The notes below the pieces were generated by a model. The model did no database searches. It saw only the letters and a program-made list of their open reading frames with translations, and was not told the origin of the DNA. Below are positions 25,753 through 39,580 of a DNA stretch of 64,000 nt, one piece after another. Each line of letters begins with the position of its first letter. Positions within the stretch are counted from its first letter, which is position 1. The stretch is from Paraphysomonas bandaiensis. Lineage: Eukaryota; Protista; Chrysophyceae. Location of the stretch: NCBI GenBank assembly GCA_965644295.1, contig CBFFRP010000288.1:558001-622000 (forward strand). Reading direction: 5' to 3'. A program made the translations under genes and the position numbers.

Positions 25753-27780
25753 TGTTTAATATAGCTGAGCAATGTAGCTCAATTTAAATTAGACTGAATA
25801 CGTAATGATTTTATATTTGAGATGTAGTGTATGTACTAACAGAAGTTGACATTATTTGCTAAGGTTTACTATTCTCAACTGATAAGATGAAATTATAAAC
25901 ATTAAATGATAAAGAACCTAAGTTGTGTTCGATGTGTTCAACACCATTCATTTACTACTATAGTGTACAAACCACACACTCAGTGATCGTATCCTGTATA
26001 GTCACCCACTTCTACTTCAGTTTCATACTACACAATATAATGTACTAATTACATATATATCTTTCGATCCTTGCATCTCACATAATACTGCACTCAATTG
26101 CAAGTATATAGAATCTTCAGATCTCAACACTCCCCCTCAATTGAGTGTTGTACTATGACGCCTCCCAGCTATTGAATGCCTGAGATAAAAAAATTCTTGA
26201 CAGTAAAATATACTCATCTCTAAGTCTAAACCTCTGTCTAAAAAACTCAGTACCAACTTGCGTCTTCTTTTATCTCTTGGTCCCTCATGAAACACTTCAG
26301 TGGAACTCTTAATTTTCTCTCCAAGATTTCTCTTTCTCTGCTCCATATATGATAAACCAACCAATGACTTTGTATAAATATCTGCTGCTTGTTGCGATGT
26401 ATGCATATGCACTAACTTAATCGTATTGAACTGATTGGGATCCACGTGCTCTCTCACCATGTGATACGTAATCTCAATGTGCTTCGACTTCTTGTGAAAC
26501 ACTGGGTTTTCGGCCAAATCCTGGGCACTCTGACTGTCGATGAAGAATGGTGTGGGTTTGATGAGCCTCAACTTAATCTCACCCGTCACCCCCCGAACCC
26601 ATAGCACTTCTTGGAGACCCGAGTAAATACACTGATACTCAGACTGCATGCTTGACGTTGCCACTGTCGTCTGCAGTTTCGACTGCCAGACAACAGGCCC
26701 TCCCGCTGCAAACCCAACGTACCCCGACGTGGACTTCCTGGAGAGCTGGTCTCCCGCCCAATCCGCGTCAGTAAACATATGGAAGTCGAACCGTCTACTC
26801 CCATATTGAACCCCTTTGTCAATAGAACCACGAATATATTGCCATACGTGTGTTAATAGCTTGCATACTTCAATATTCACCTTATTACTGAACCGAGACA
26901 GTACTCCCACTGCATAGGCAATATCCGGCCTCGTGTTCATCGATAGGTATAGTAATGCACCTATCAGCGGCCGATATGGGAAGTTATCTACTATTAGCTG
27001 TTCCTCCTCGGTATGCTCATGCCGCGCCCCTTTTGCCACTAAATCCATTGCTTCCGCCGGTAGAGGACTCTTCCGTACCTTTCGCGGTGGCCCAAGGTAC
27101 TTTTCAAACTTTTCTAAGATCTTAGCCGCATATACTGATTGGTCAAGACGAATATACTCTGGCGTTCTTGTGACTCGAACATTCAGAAAATGTTCCATCT
27201 CGCCCATATCCTTCATATCAAACCGGGCACACAGTTGAGCTTTAATATCCTTCACTATGTTGACATCACGACCTAACACTAGGATATCATCCACATATAT
27301 ATATCGTTAATAATATCAATTCATCGCCCTTATACTGATAATACAAACACGGGTCTAATACACATATGGTTTAAAATGCATAGATCGTATGAATTTATCC
27401 AATGTTTTCCACCACGACCGCGGGGAACTCCGAAGCCCGTATAACGACTTCTTCAACTTTAAGCAGTACCCCTCAGGCAGCTGAAAGTCCGGAGTTGCCT
27501 TCATATATACGTCCCCCTCTATATCTGCATATAGAAATGCGTTAGACACATCCAGTTGATGAATTACCATGTTCATCACAAAGGCTATGGCGATTAACAG
27601 TCGCACTGTTACCCCCTTAACAACGGGCGCGAAATGGTTCGCCCAACCACTCGACTGCTGTCCACAACCGATTGCTACAAGACGAGCCTTATATCGGCGG
27701 ACCTCTCCCTCCTTATCGTACTTCTTTCCATAGACGTACTTGGAGTGCAGTGGGACGACTCCGTCCGGTATATACGAGTC
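25753..27780 (-). mobile_element. Ty1/Copia element A, 5'-truncated (RT, RNase H, PPT, 3' LTR 25753-26129)
   Basis: YKARLVAIG, HQLDVSNAFLYA, LKKSLYGLRSSPRSW, YVDD (frameshift near 27300) and RNase H motifs. Confidence 0.9.
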
Positions 27781-28023
27781 ACCTAACGCAGCATTACAGG
27801 TAGTTAGATTAGGCATATCAGAAAATCTGACAAGAGTATTGACTGCATATAGAGGACCAGGAAGAGGTACGAGCACATACCACTGGTTAATAGTATCTAC
27901 CAGACACCTAGTAAGATTAGACGTCATTGCACGTAGTAAGAAGTTATCCACGGGTATGAGCATATATAAGGTACCCGACTGATGCATCACGGCATAGCCC
28001 TTTGCCACATCTCCAATCGTCTC

Positions 28024-31000
28024 ATATAGAACTGACTGAAGAACATATGAGAAACAGATGTTGCTGAGGACAGATGTTTCAACATATGTTAGACGAATAT
28101 GTAGTGAAGTGTTCAGAATAATAATTATAATTTCTTACTTGAAAGTGCATTGTGTTCAACAGCAAGGTTAAGGTTTACGTGTAGAGCAAAGTTAACTTCA
28201 GTGAAATGTCCATTGTTAACATGGTAGCGAGTGGTAGCTCTGATGAGGCGAAGGAGGACAGCAAGGTGCTGAAGTTTGACAAGTGAAACGACACGTGTGT
28301 TGTAACGATTTGGGAGGCATGTGAACATGACGCAGATGTGTTGGAGGGTGCCAACCGATACATGGAGGCGACTACTAGACGATGATCCGAATAAGGAGGT
28401 TTTGTCCAATCATATGCTTCAAACGCTGGTGGATAGGTCTAGGAGTGAGTTGGGAGTAGTACTCCAAAAGACTACAGCGAAATACCAGCTTGTAAATATT
28501 GGCCAATGATATGGTCGAAATAGAGATTGATAGGCGGAAATGTATTTTCTACTAAAACTGCCTTGTACACTGAGCAGAGCAGCAGAGCAGTGCAAATGTT
28601 CATAGTTAACGAGCAGAGAGTGCTGAACATACACATGAACAGAGACAGAGACAGAGTTCATCGGCGGAATGGTGCTAATATGTAGATGATGATGTCTCAT
28701 CTGGAGGGGAGTCCAATATGATAGATGGTGAAGTGCTTATGACTGAAACAGTAGACCAACGAGTGTATTTAGACAGTTGCGTCGGATAGCAGCTATTCGT
28801 TGTTGTTAAAGATCATAGAGTGCTAGAGAAATATTATGAAGCAGAGCCAGGAGTCATATCTCTGACGAAGAAGGGGTCAGCAATGGAGACTCAAGGAGTA
28901 AGAAGCTTTCAACACTGGCAAAAGAGAAGGCATCAAAGTATGTGAAGATGCGGTGACGAATATTGTCTCAGGCGGAATGCTGCGGGCACTGGTGTGTGGA
29001 TTGGAACTACTTAGAGTACCGAGAATTGTAGAGTTAAACACTGGTAGAGAGGTGCTGACTGGAGACTATGATGAGCATGGAGGAATTCCATGGGAGGCAC
29101 TATATAATATTATGACGTTTTGAATTTGCCTATTATTACGTCATCATGCCATCATGTAATGGAGGAAAATGCCAAGGAGGACAGTAAAGTTAGTGGATGT
29201 TGCCTTATGTGTGTCTTCCTGGGAGGAAAGGTGCCCGAGTTATCCTGGTTGAGAGGAAATGGGGTGCAAGGCGTATGTATTAGTCCCGAAGGCCGATAGA
29301 CGGAAAGACTGGGAAGAAAAGGCACAAACAGGATATTTTGTGGGTTTCCCAACGAGCAGATCATGGGGTATCAAGTGTTGATAGTAGGAGATCAATAGTC
29401 ACGTCTGTTCATGTCCTGTTTGATGTATCAGTGCCCTAGAGATCGGCTGATTACTACCGAGAAATGGACTAAGCCACGGTGGCAGTGGTTCCTCAGGGAG
29501 GAGTGTTATCGACAAAACCCATGTGAAGATGGCGGCCAACTGTACAGCAAGACCACGCGAATATAGATTCGGAAAGAGGTCTAACTGTGGGATATAGATC
29601 CCTGATGTCAGGTGGTGAGTTGCAACTGGAAGTTAAGACTCCTATTCACATCATCGCGGATGAGTGAAGACCTCTTGTGACAAGAGTATCTGCTAGTTCT
29701 GGATCTCGTGACGACGGGACCAGCGGACATTTGTTACAGCAGTTGACTGGGACGGTTCCATCCCCTTCTGACTTCGTAAGTGCTCCGGGAGAGGAAGCTC
29801 CATCAGATCGCTCAACTAGGGGCAGGCGCACAAGGGTGGTGACGAATGTGTCAGTAGTAGGGGAGAAGCACGTATTACCTTCGTGTGACGAAGTGGAGTG
29901 CAGCCTACTAGAGGAGGCAGATTCCATCTGGTGCTCGTCAGCGGGACCTGAGGCGCCTCAGACATATTCCGAATCCTTGGAGTTGCCGGAACGGAAGCAA
30001 TGGAGTTCAGCCAGGCTGAATGTGACGAACTGGAACGAAGGGAAGTAATGGAAGTTAAGCCCATACCTACCCCAGTGTCACTCCATTGAAAGCAAGACAG
30101 GCTGAGCGTGACAGACTGGAACGAAGGGAAGTAATGGAAGTTAAGCCCATCATCCCTACCCCAGTGTCACTGCAATTTGAATCCTGAGTATGTCTTTGCT
30201 TTGAAACGCAACAAGGAGGGTGCGATTCCACGATAGAAAGCAAGACTTGTGGTACTTGGATGCGGAGGCCATGAGGTTGGTAGAGCCAACAATTATACTC
30301 CAGTGGTAAAAGCGGTAACAGTAAGATTGTTATTAGCTATCACGTTTGTTATGAATATGGTGGTGCATCAACTCGACGTATCTAATGCATTCTTGTATAT
30401 GCAGATATAAAAGGAGATGTGTGTATAAGTATGCAACACCAGATTTCAAATTGCCACCAGGATATTGCTTTAAACTGAAGAAAAGTTTATATGGTCTTCG
30501 AAGCTCACCACGGTCATGATGATAATATGCTGAGAGCATGTCGAGATACGAATATTATTTTGGAAATTAAGCGACGAGTATGTGAAAGGTTCGATATTAC
30601 AGATATGAATGAGATTGGCTAGTTTTTGAACGTGAGAGTGACGAGAACTCCGAATTGTCTCAAACTTGACATGACAGTGTTCATCAAAAAGATATTGGTG
30701 AAGTATGTGGATTTTCTGGGTGTCCAAGGGACAAGATGCGGCGATACCCACTACATAGTGATGTCATGGATAGGATCAAAGTGGGAGTGGAACATGTGCA
30801 TTCGACTGAAGAGCAGGAATTAGTTGACAATTTTCCCTATCGTCCACTAATAGGAGCGTTACTCTATTTATCTATGAATACAAGGCCGGATATCTCATAT
30901 GCAGTGGGAGTATTGTCACGATTCTCAACGAAAGTTAATATCACTGTATGTAAGCTCATGATGTATTTAATGCAGTATGTACGAGGTACTACAGATAAAG

Positions 31001-32010
31001 GCATTCATTATAGAGGCGATCCGTTGAGAAGGAGGTCGACTTCAGGATATAATATGTTTGGAGCTAGTGGACCACTATCGTGGGGTTCTAAACTTCAGTC
31101 TACTGTAGCTACATCGACTATGAAAGCAGAGTATCAATGCTTATATAACGGATTACAGGAAATGATATGGTCTCGGGGGGTGACTAGAGAAGTAGGGTTG
31201 AAAATTGACGAGCCCACACCATTATTCCTGGATAGTCAAAGTGCTCAGGATATTTCGGAAAATCCAGTGCAACATCAACGATCGAAACAACATATTGAGA
31301 TTAAGTATCATATGATTAGAGAGCATGTGGATCCCGAACAGTTTAATACAGTGAAATTAATTCATGTGAGCAGTCGACAACAGATTGCTGATATTTATAC
31401 CAAGGATTTGTGTGGTCCAATATTCATTGAACAGAGGGAGCGAAATCTTGGGGAAAATTTAAGACTAGTGAACAAATTATCGCAGAGGTACCCAAGGTAA
31501 AGAGAGCTCGTCGTAACTAGTTAGGTGTGAATGAATGGTGGGAGCTAGCTATATACTAGCGGAGTCATACGTCCACCAGTGTCCTATGAGGTTCGGTGGT
31601 TGCGTATCCGATAGCAATGTTCTTCACAAATTTTAGAATGGTTAACTACATCCAATTGAGTGGGAGTGTTGAGTTCTGCAATATGATGTGATATATATTG
31701 TGCAATTGAAGTGAGTGAACTGTGTACAATAGGTAAAGTCAACTCATAGGTGTAACGGGTGATTATAGTTACAAAGGAATTAAATTCAGTTACTGATGTG
31801 TGACTATACAAGATATAGAACTGACTGAAGAACATATGAGAAACAGATGTTGCTGAGGACAGATGTTTCAACATATGTTAGACGAATATGTAGTGAAGTG
31901 TTCAGAATAATAATTATAATTTCTTACTTGAAAGTGCATTGTGTTCAACAGCAAGGTTAAGGTTTACGTGTAGAGCAAAGTTAACTTCAGTGAAATGTCC
32001 AATGTTAACA
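28024..32010 (+). mobile_element. Ty1/Copia element B, degenerate: partial 5' LTR 28024-28221, PBS, 3' LTR 31667-32010
   Basis: The 198-bp LTR overlap differs at 1 base. PBS tggtagcgag at 28222 is compatible with initiator tRNA-Met. Protease remnant VYLDSC, RT and RNase H remnants, PPT gagtgggag, LTR TG...CA. Confidence 0.9.
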
Positions 32011-32291
32011 AAATAGTCAATCCAGTTTAATTACTATAACTTTTCTCAACGATCTTAATTGTTAAAATGACCAATCGTCAATAGGTTGCAGTCAGTTTCC
32101 CTATGTTTTTAGCAGCTGCTGTTGAATAAATACTGAAGCGTATATAAACTTGTTGCTAAAAGGAATCATAATTTATGCTTTATTTCACCACCGCTTCATA
32201 TTTCGAAATCAATTTACACGTTACATCATTCACCTCATCACAAAATGATACAAAAAAATGAATTTGCAGGAAACAAGAGTATCGTGACAAG

Positions 32292-33665
32292 TTATGACGT
32301 TGTGCTTTTATTGCTCACTGACATTGGTCTTACTGCATTGGCTTTATCGCCAAATCCATACTGGCTTCCTGTAGTAGCATTTGTAGTCTGTCCGCCAGCA
32401 AGCCCAGTTCCCGCGGTTAAACCACTTCCTTCTCTTAAATCAATCCCATTTAAGTTCAGCTCATTCGACGCCTTGTACGCTTTATATTCAGAAGAAATTT
32501 CAATTAAGTCCATCATGCGGGCGTGGATAATGTCGAGGTTGAAAGACAGTAGCTCAGAGAGGGTGCACTCTTTATTAACAACAGCAACTTGATTTCTGTT
32601 GCGGACTGTGGCCTGACACCTTGCGAAAACATTCTTTATAGACTGCACAACCTGACTAGTCTCTCTGGCAATGTTCTTGGCCTGGTCCTCATGCAACTCT
32701 TTTTCTTTCTCCTCCTTCTTTGTCCGAGCTCGAGTCTCTTCGAGTTCCTTTTGATTACGCTGAAACAGACTGTTGCTTACCAGTAAATGATTCTGAGTTT
32801 CCATCTTCAGTGATTGCAGCTTCGCTCGAAGTTCATTTACTCCATTTTCCAGCTAAATACATATTAACCATTAAAAATTCCAATAAGCACAAATTCTAAT
32901 ATTCGTACCGAGTCTACATGGACCATAAGATCCCTGTTGGCCCCTTTAAGGGTGTCGTATCTGCTTAATATATCTGACACCTCCTCATAACTAACATCTC
33001 CTGCATCCAGAAATTGTTCCAAATATATTCTATAGCAAGCTTTTTTCTCTGACCACAAAATTGCATTACAAGCAGGCCTAGTGAGTGTAAATTAACTTAC
33101 GGAGTTGTTTCTCAAGGTCCTTCTGTGCATTCTCCATGTCCTCAATTTTACTCAACAAAGTGTTCATTTCTTGGCACTTCTGCTCGTATGTTTTCCGCTC
33201 TTGTTTTGCCTTTGCTTCTGCTCGCTGTCGTTTCGCATCGTTCTCTTGTATAAACTTTTCAAACTTCAGTACTTGCTCTCTCATCTTCGCTTGCTTTAAT
33301 TCGAACTGCATTCTGCGCTCCTCGCATGCTTCCATTCGGTTTTTGAATTCCTCCTTCATGAGTTCCAGAGCTTCATCGACCTCACGCATTTCCTTCCGTT
33401 TTTTCAACAAAAGGGTTGATTGAGAAGTCTAAATAGTACTTTAGAAGATAACTACAAGGGAAAAGAAAAGTATGACCTGGGTTGCCCCGGCTAGAAGTGC
33501 TTCCAACTCTGCAATTTCTCTTTTAACCTCTGCCCTGCAATATAAATTTAGAAGTGAGAAGGAGTTATAACGCATGTCTATATGCATGTACATTTTCTCT
33601 CCCTTTTGGGTAAGGAAAAAACCTCCCGTGTTGACTTTGCTAGCATTTTGATGCACACTTGTCAT
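32292..33665 (-). CDS. CCDC42: CCDC42/CFAP73-family (DUF4200) flagellar coiled-coil protein, multi-exon
   Basis: STLLLKKRKEMREVDEALELMKEEF...LKFEKFIQENDAKRQRAEAKAKQERK; short introns between the ORF pieces. Confidence 0.8.
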
Positions 33666-34184
33666 ATTCGGCAGATTGATCGGTTAATTAAGACTCCTCT
33701 AATAATGAGCTAAACGCAGAAAACGTGCTACGATGATGACTGATTACTTTTATCTGCAATTAGAGTATTACAAATCTAAATGTCAAACATGTTTTGTGTT
33801 CATTATTTGCGTCCATCTCAAACACAGAAACCGTTGCACTGGAATGTTATCATTATTTTTTTGTATTTCGTTGCAATTCCTGTTTTTTTGTAAATTGCTG
33901 GGTTTTAAGAAGGTGAATTTTAGGAATTTGGGAAATATTGTATACTTCTATTTTCCCACCCTAAAAATTAACCTATTCTACCTAAAACCCTACATTTTCT
34001 TTACAGTTCTTTCTCTCGTTTGTCTCATCAGCAGCAGTGCCGATGAGAACAGAAGTTTTCTTCATGTATGGCCGGAACTGACTGCAACAATACTACGTAC
34101 ATTCTGAAATATATGCCATTGAAAAGAAATTATAATATATAACACTTTCAAGCTCTCATTATTATCAACGTTTTTATCGCAAAC

Positions 34185-34750
34185 ATGAACCGCCTTGTTT
34201 CTCGTACCTATTTCCTCTCTCGTCGCAGTGTGAATATGCGGTTTCAAGCCTCACGCACTTATCATGACAATGTCATTGATCATTATGAAAATCCACGAAA
34301 TGTAGGCTCTCTTGATAAAAAGTCTAAAAGAGTTGGCACTGGACTTGTTGGGGCTCCTGCTTGTGGAGACGTTATGAAGCTTCAGTTTGAAGTCGATGAT
34401 AACGGTAAGTACATCCATCTTTTAACACTATTTTATAAGTACATTCCATGCTGGGTAGGAACGATTATTGATGCGAAGTTCAAAACTTTTGGTTGTGGGA
34501 GCGCAATTGCGTCATCATCTGTCGCAACTGAGTGGCTAAAAGGTCGTCAAGTGGATGACTGCTTAACGATCAAGGTCGGTGTGGATAAACTACTTTTTGG
34601 GAATGTTATTGTTTGATGGTCTTGTCGCAGAATACCGATATTGCTGCCCACTTGAAGCTTCCTCCTGTCAAGCTCCACTGTAGTATGCTGGCTGAAGATG
34701 CCATCAAATCGGCCGTTGAGGATTACAAAAAGAAGAACACTGCCGAATAG
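34185..34750 (+). CDS. ISCU: Mitochondrial Fe-S cluster scaffold IscU/Isu1
   Basis: Arg/Ser-rich presequence; YHDNVIDHYENPRNVG, GAPACGDVMKLQ, FKTFGCGSAIASSS and LPPVKLHCSMLAEDAIK. Introns 34405-34458 and 34575-34630. Confidence 0.97.
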
Positions 34751-35549
34751 AAATACTAACCTCTCAGCTTTTTGAGTTCACCTAGTTTCTGACTCAGTAC
34801 TATGATTTATATTACTGCTGTTTTCTGTGCAGCCTCCAAGCAGTATGGGTAAGTATAGTATATTTCAAATAGCTGAATACGCTTTAATTCATAAGTCCGT
34901 TATTATAACATCTAATAATAAGCATTCGACAACGTTTCTCCTGCCGCCTTTCGAGAGTGCATCAGTCATTTAGTAGGATTTGCCAGTACAATTGCCAAGC
35001 AACGTATAAATACTTGGACAAAGACGCCTTTTCGGCTGCTATTGAAGAGTATGTGCAATTATTGATGGCGCTAGTTCCTCTCCCTGGGTTTGCCAGGGCT
35101 GCATAACAATTCACGCAGGTTGTAGACAATTATAATCATTCTTATTATTTGCGCCCCCAATTATATACAATGGTACATACTCAAGTACCTATACATTAGC
35201 TTCCAACATAGCTTGCTCAACTGTTTTATCGTTCCAGAGGCGACAATTCATTCGAAAGACAGAATTAGCTATTCATGCCGAAGAGTCATACTCTTGCGCG
35301 AATCAGTCATAACAATTTCAGCTCCAGTGAATAATCTTTCAACCTTATTGATTATGGCATACAATTGCTTTAGGCTGCGGTATCGAGTTTGCTTGTTTAA
35401 ACGTGCTCGCCTCGGCTGCTTGTGTTCTATTGAGTGTTACATATGAGAAAAAGCAATTAAAAGTTGTATTTCAAGGCATTTCAGTTATGACTGTTAGTTG
35501 AAGAATACATTGGTTGTAGTACATGAATTATGTTACAGAAACTAAGATT

Positions 35550-36063
35550 CCACCCTCCACAAAGCCGAACTCGCACCTTTTCGTGGTTTTCTGGGGGATA
35601 AATACCGGAGAGATTTCTCCAGGAAACTATTAGTAGTAAATAGTAACCTTCCAGCGAGCACTTAAATTGAAATTATTACGTATATTCCATCCAATTTAAT
35701 TTCAATTCAATGAATTGATACGTAGCCCTGGCTTTGAGTGATAGAGCGAAAGTGGTTGCACCTTGGTGCTTGCGGTGACGCACAAGTAGCGTTAAATAGT
35801 AGGATATTAGAGTTAAGCACCGACACTTAAACTAAATTGGTTCTGACTCTTCTTGCGGCGACGCACAAGCAGCTTTCGTAGCGTTAAATAGTAGGATAAA
35901 AGAGTTTGTATTGATTAGTTACGGGTAGTGGTCTAACTAGTATGACTAGCATTCTTCTAGCCACTAATTGATGCAAGGTCTCAACGCCTATTGCTAAATA
36001 ATCAGACATTCACTATGTTCTGACTCTTAAACGCATATTGCTAATCATAAGATATTCACTACT
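35550..36063 (+). mobile_element. Short retroposon copy (head 35550-35628, tail about 35730-36063) containing a nested 5'-truncated copy at 35852-36016
   Basis: Head ccctccacaaagccgaactcgcaccttttcgtgg. The nested copy is flanked by the 12-bp TSD gttctgactctt (35840-35851 / 36017-36028). Confidence 0.8.
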
Positions 36064-36342
36064 ACCTTAGAAATTCAGCTTTAATTGCTTACGAACAGCA
36101 AAATCCAACAATACAGAGGCATATAGGACGTATGATATTGCTCCCTAACCCTGTACAGTTCAATGACAACGGGAAAACGCCAGAGCATTACATGTGAATA
36201 TTCTTCACTTTGCGTTCATGACACGCATTGGACGCCTGAATCGTAACACAAATGATGTCTCACGAAAAAGTTACATCTAAAATTTGACCGCATAAATAAT
36301 ACTAAACCACAAAAAAGTAAAATTAAATGAGACTAAATCTGT

Positions 36343-39300
36343 TTACAAAGAAATCATACTCTGCACTCGTTTTTTTAAAGGAGTGCTGGCAGTAATAGTG
36401 GTTCGTTTGATACAATCATATGGAATTCCTCCTGAACTTGTTGTATCCATTCCTTGGTACCATTCAACAATAACCAGTATAAGATCAGTGCTTATCACTC
36501 CGAGACGGACGAGGATCAATATAGTGAATTCCGTCATGTCAATGAACTGATCGTCATTTTCTATTCCTAAACTTAGAAGCATTTGTATTTCCCGTTCGGT
36601 AATGATAGTGTTGATGGTATCTTGTAGGTCATCTCGGGTTCCCAGTGTGGCAATAGAGCTTGCCAACATACTCAGTGAAACTGTCATAATAGGTGCCCCT
36701 AACGAAACATACATGCCGACAGCAGCAAACATCCAGTCAAGAGAATCTGCTGGTATGGGGCGCAGTCCACCTGTGGCCATAGCAGATATCGAAAAGTACA
36801 AGCTATCGACAAATGACCATCCAACGGCAACACATGTCCAGGATATTCCTAAAACCAAAAAACCAACTAGCAGCACATGAATTCTAGCCCTTTCAGCATA
36901 ATAATCATAAAATGATCTTATTACTTCTCCAATGTTTGATCCAGCCAAGGCTGCCGTGAGCTCCTTTCTCTGTAAGGCATCGTGATACCTGGTATATAAA
37001 CTCAGCTGGAATAACATACTTGGTACACGACTCACCAGTTGCTCTTTGATTCGACAAGTGACTGTGCGACAGCCGCACGCACGCTACCCAGCAACACCGA
37101 TCCAATCAGCATATGAAGTATCGTGTAGGCTTTGCCGATTCCATTCGTATTCAACTCTATCCAAAACATGGAAACGCCGACACTGACAGATATGTAGAAG
37201 CCCCTTGCAAATGAGAAACCCGCATGAGCGCCTTGGTAAAAAGTATACACCAGAGCTCCAGTGAACAGCCACATTGACCTATCAAATCAGTAGTCACAAA
37301 AGAGTACGGGGCAGCGAGCATTCAGCAGATATTACTCACCAACACAAAAAGAGACGAACATAAGGATGTACTATGCAAGTGTACACACACTTCCATCGAG
37401 CGGATTTCAGTTCCATAACAGTGTACCCCATTATTTCCACTTGCAACACGTCCAAATCCCGAGTAACCGCACGTATGAGGGAGGGGGGGTTGCCGGAGCT
37501 GTTGCTTCTTGCACGATTGTGAATACTTGTGCTTATATCGAGAGCTGGACCACTGTTGTCTTTGAGCTGATCCACAAGGGATCGGAAAGATTTCCTGCTC
37601 TTGGTGCGATGCTGCTTTAGACACCCAACCGTGTCAGAACGCTCTATGACATCGGTATTGGATGATATCCTTCTCATATTTCCACATATGTTGCTTGGTA
37701 GAGTGTCAATCGCCAAGCGAGAGTTGTTTACAAGAATAGGTGGCATAAATGAGGAAGAAGTTTCTTGTTTCTCCAGATCTTCCCCATTCTTGTCACCGTC
37801 GAATGCATGATCGGCGTCTGGTTCGACACGACTAGTTTGCTTCTTTAAAGTTTTAGGCGTAATACCACTAAGAAGAGTACTCGTTTTACGCTTGAACTCC
37901 CCAACACCTGCTGCAGTAGGTGTTTCCACAACTGTCCCACTTTTCTCTTCGTCACAGTTTTCGAACTGTTGTTCTAACTGAGAGGCGGCTATGGCTACAT
38001 TCAGAGCGTGAATGCTGCTTTGGCGAGGAACCACGGTAGACTCTGAGTCTACGTCACTGAAGGACTGTACAGAACTACCTGAGCGAATAATATTCACCTT
38101 TCCTCCTTTATCAATTTCCTGATCCATCGTGTCTGCGCCTTCGTTGGGCTCATCAGCTGTGTGCAACTCGTCGATTATCTCCGGCTGCACCCTGTTCGAT
38201 CGAATCTCAGCAGAGAAGGCGTCTGCAAAAGAGTGGAGAGTGATAGAGCTCAGTCCCCTCTCAAACATCTTTTTCCTCATTTCGGGAGTGATATGTCGGC
38301 GACCTCGAATAATGTCGTCGTAGTGGATCCGCCTGGGGTCATTTTTCTTTCGGTTGAGTTCTTTAAACCGTTCATTTATCCTCATTATTAGTTCTGGGGT
38401 AGCTTTCCCTATCCGTACCACCATTAATATGATAAACTCCGCACAGTCAACTTGACCATCTCCATCCTGTTTGTGACAAAAGAGGCTAGTATTAGACCAT
38501 TCCGACATGTCAAACCGCTCATGAATATTAAAACACCAAACAAAAGATATCTCTGCGAACTATACAACTCGCAACAACACAGTCAATCAAAAATAACCTC
38601 ACATCTATTCCAAAATCTTGCATTAGTTCTATCTCCTTCTGCGTAATATCTGCAAACAGCTTGTTCAGGAGATCAGCATTGGAGGGCTCAAAGAATGAAC
38701 TGACTGCGAGACCTGGCAGAACCATCATATCATAATACTATCATAGATGCAAGTAACTGACCTATTGTAATGGCCATCAGGGGCACTCCAATTGTGGAAT
38801 ACAACGCAGCAGCCGCATATTGCCAGTCCGGATCACTTGATGGTATGGCCTGGTATCCAGCTCCTGTCAGACTTGAAACAACAAAATCTGCACACTCCCA
38901 CACACTCCACTGTATCTCAGTGTATACAAGCCATACCATCCCTACAGCAATCCACAGTACAAAGAGAGCCATTATCTTATAGTTTGGGCAATAGTGCCCA
39001 AGAAATTCTGAGAGCTTATAATATATCGTGACGTTTTCGGAACCGTGCTGAGCGCGTCTTACACGAGTCATCCACGTTTTGTCCTTGTTTCCCGACATCA
39101 CTTGGGCTATGTATATAGATGAGGCTCCCAGAAACACAGTGCCGATAAATGTATGAGTTAAAGAGAACAATTTGAAGCCGGGACTGTCAAAACGATGATT
39201 CATAAAGTGGTTGTCGAGTGTCCAATTCATTCCCCATCCAACGTTCACACTAAAACGGTATATTAATCCTCACAATACGAAATGACTGCATCTACCTCAT

Positions 39301-39580
39301 GTAAAACCCACGACACCAGCTATAGCCTCCATGTAATGTGTAAAATAATGTACCAATAAAAGTCCAAACTATCCTGGCAAAAATGGCTGTCAAGAAAACA
39401 AAAAAAACACAAAGATGTCAACTACCATGCAAATAATGGGATGAATTTGCCAAGTGCATCATATAGTGAAGCTTGTTTCACTAAATTTTCTAATTCCATA
39501 ACTTCAACAGTACTGACAACTTCTAAACTCATGGGCTGGCGTCGATTCATCCGTCCCCGCCTTTGATAGTGAGGTTCCAT
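36343..39580 (-). CDS. Tandem TPK/KCO-like channel: two (4TM, two pore loops, EF-hand) units in one gene
   Basis: Pore-loop segments SVNVGWG, SSLTGAGY, SVSVGVS and SAMATGGL. EF-like loops DGDGQVDCAEF and NDDQFIDMTEF. The units join in frame through intron 37279-37339. Confidence 0.75.

Larger units (their letters stand above)
17592..27165. repeat. Near-identical tandem duplication (units 17592-22182 and 22180-27165), with a nested 394-bp tandem duplication (24246-24641 / 24640-25035)
   Basis: Identical ORFs recur at offsets 4588/4589 and 4983. Junction microhomologies are CGT (22180-22182) and GT (24640-24641). Confidence 0.95.
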
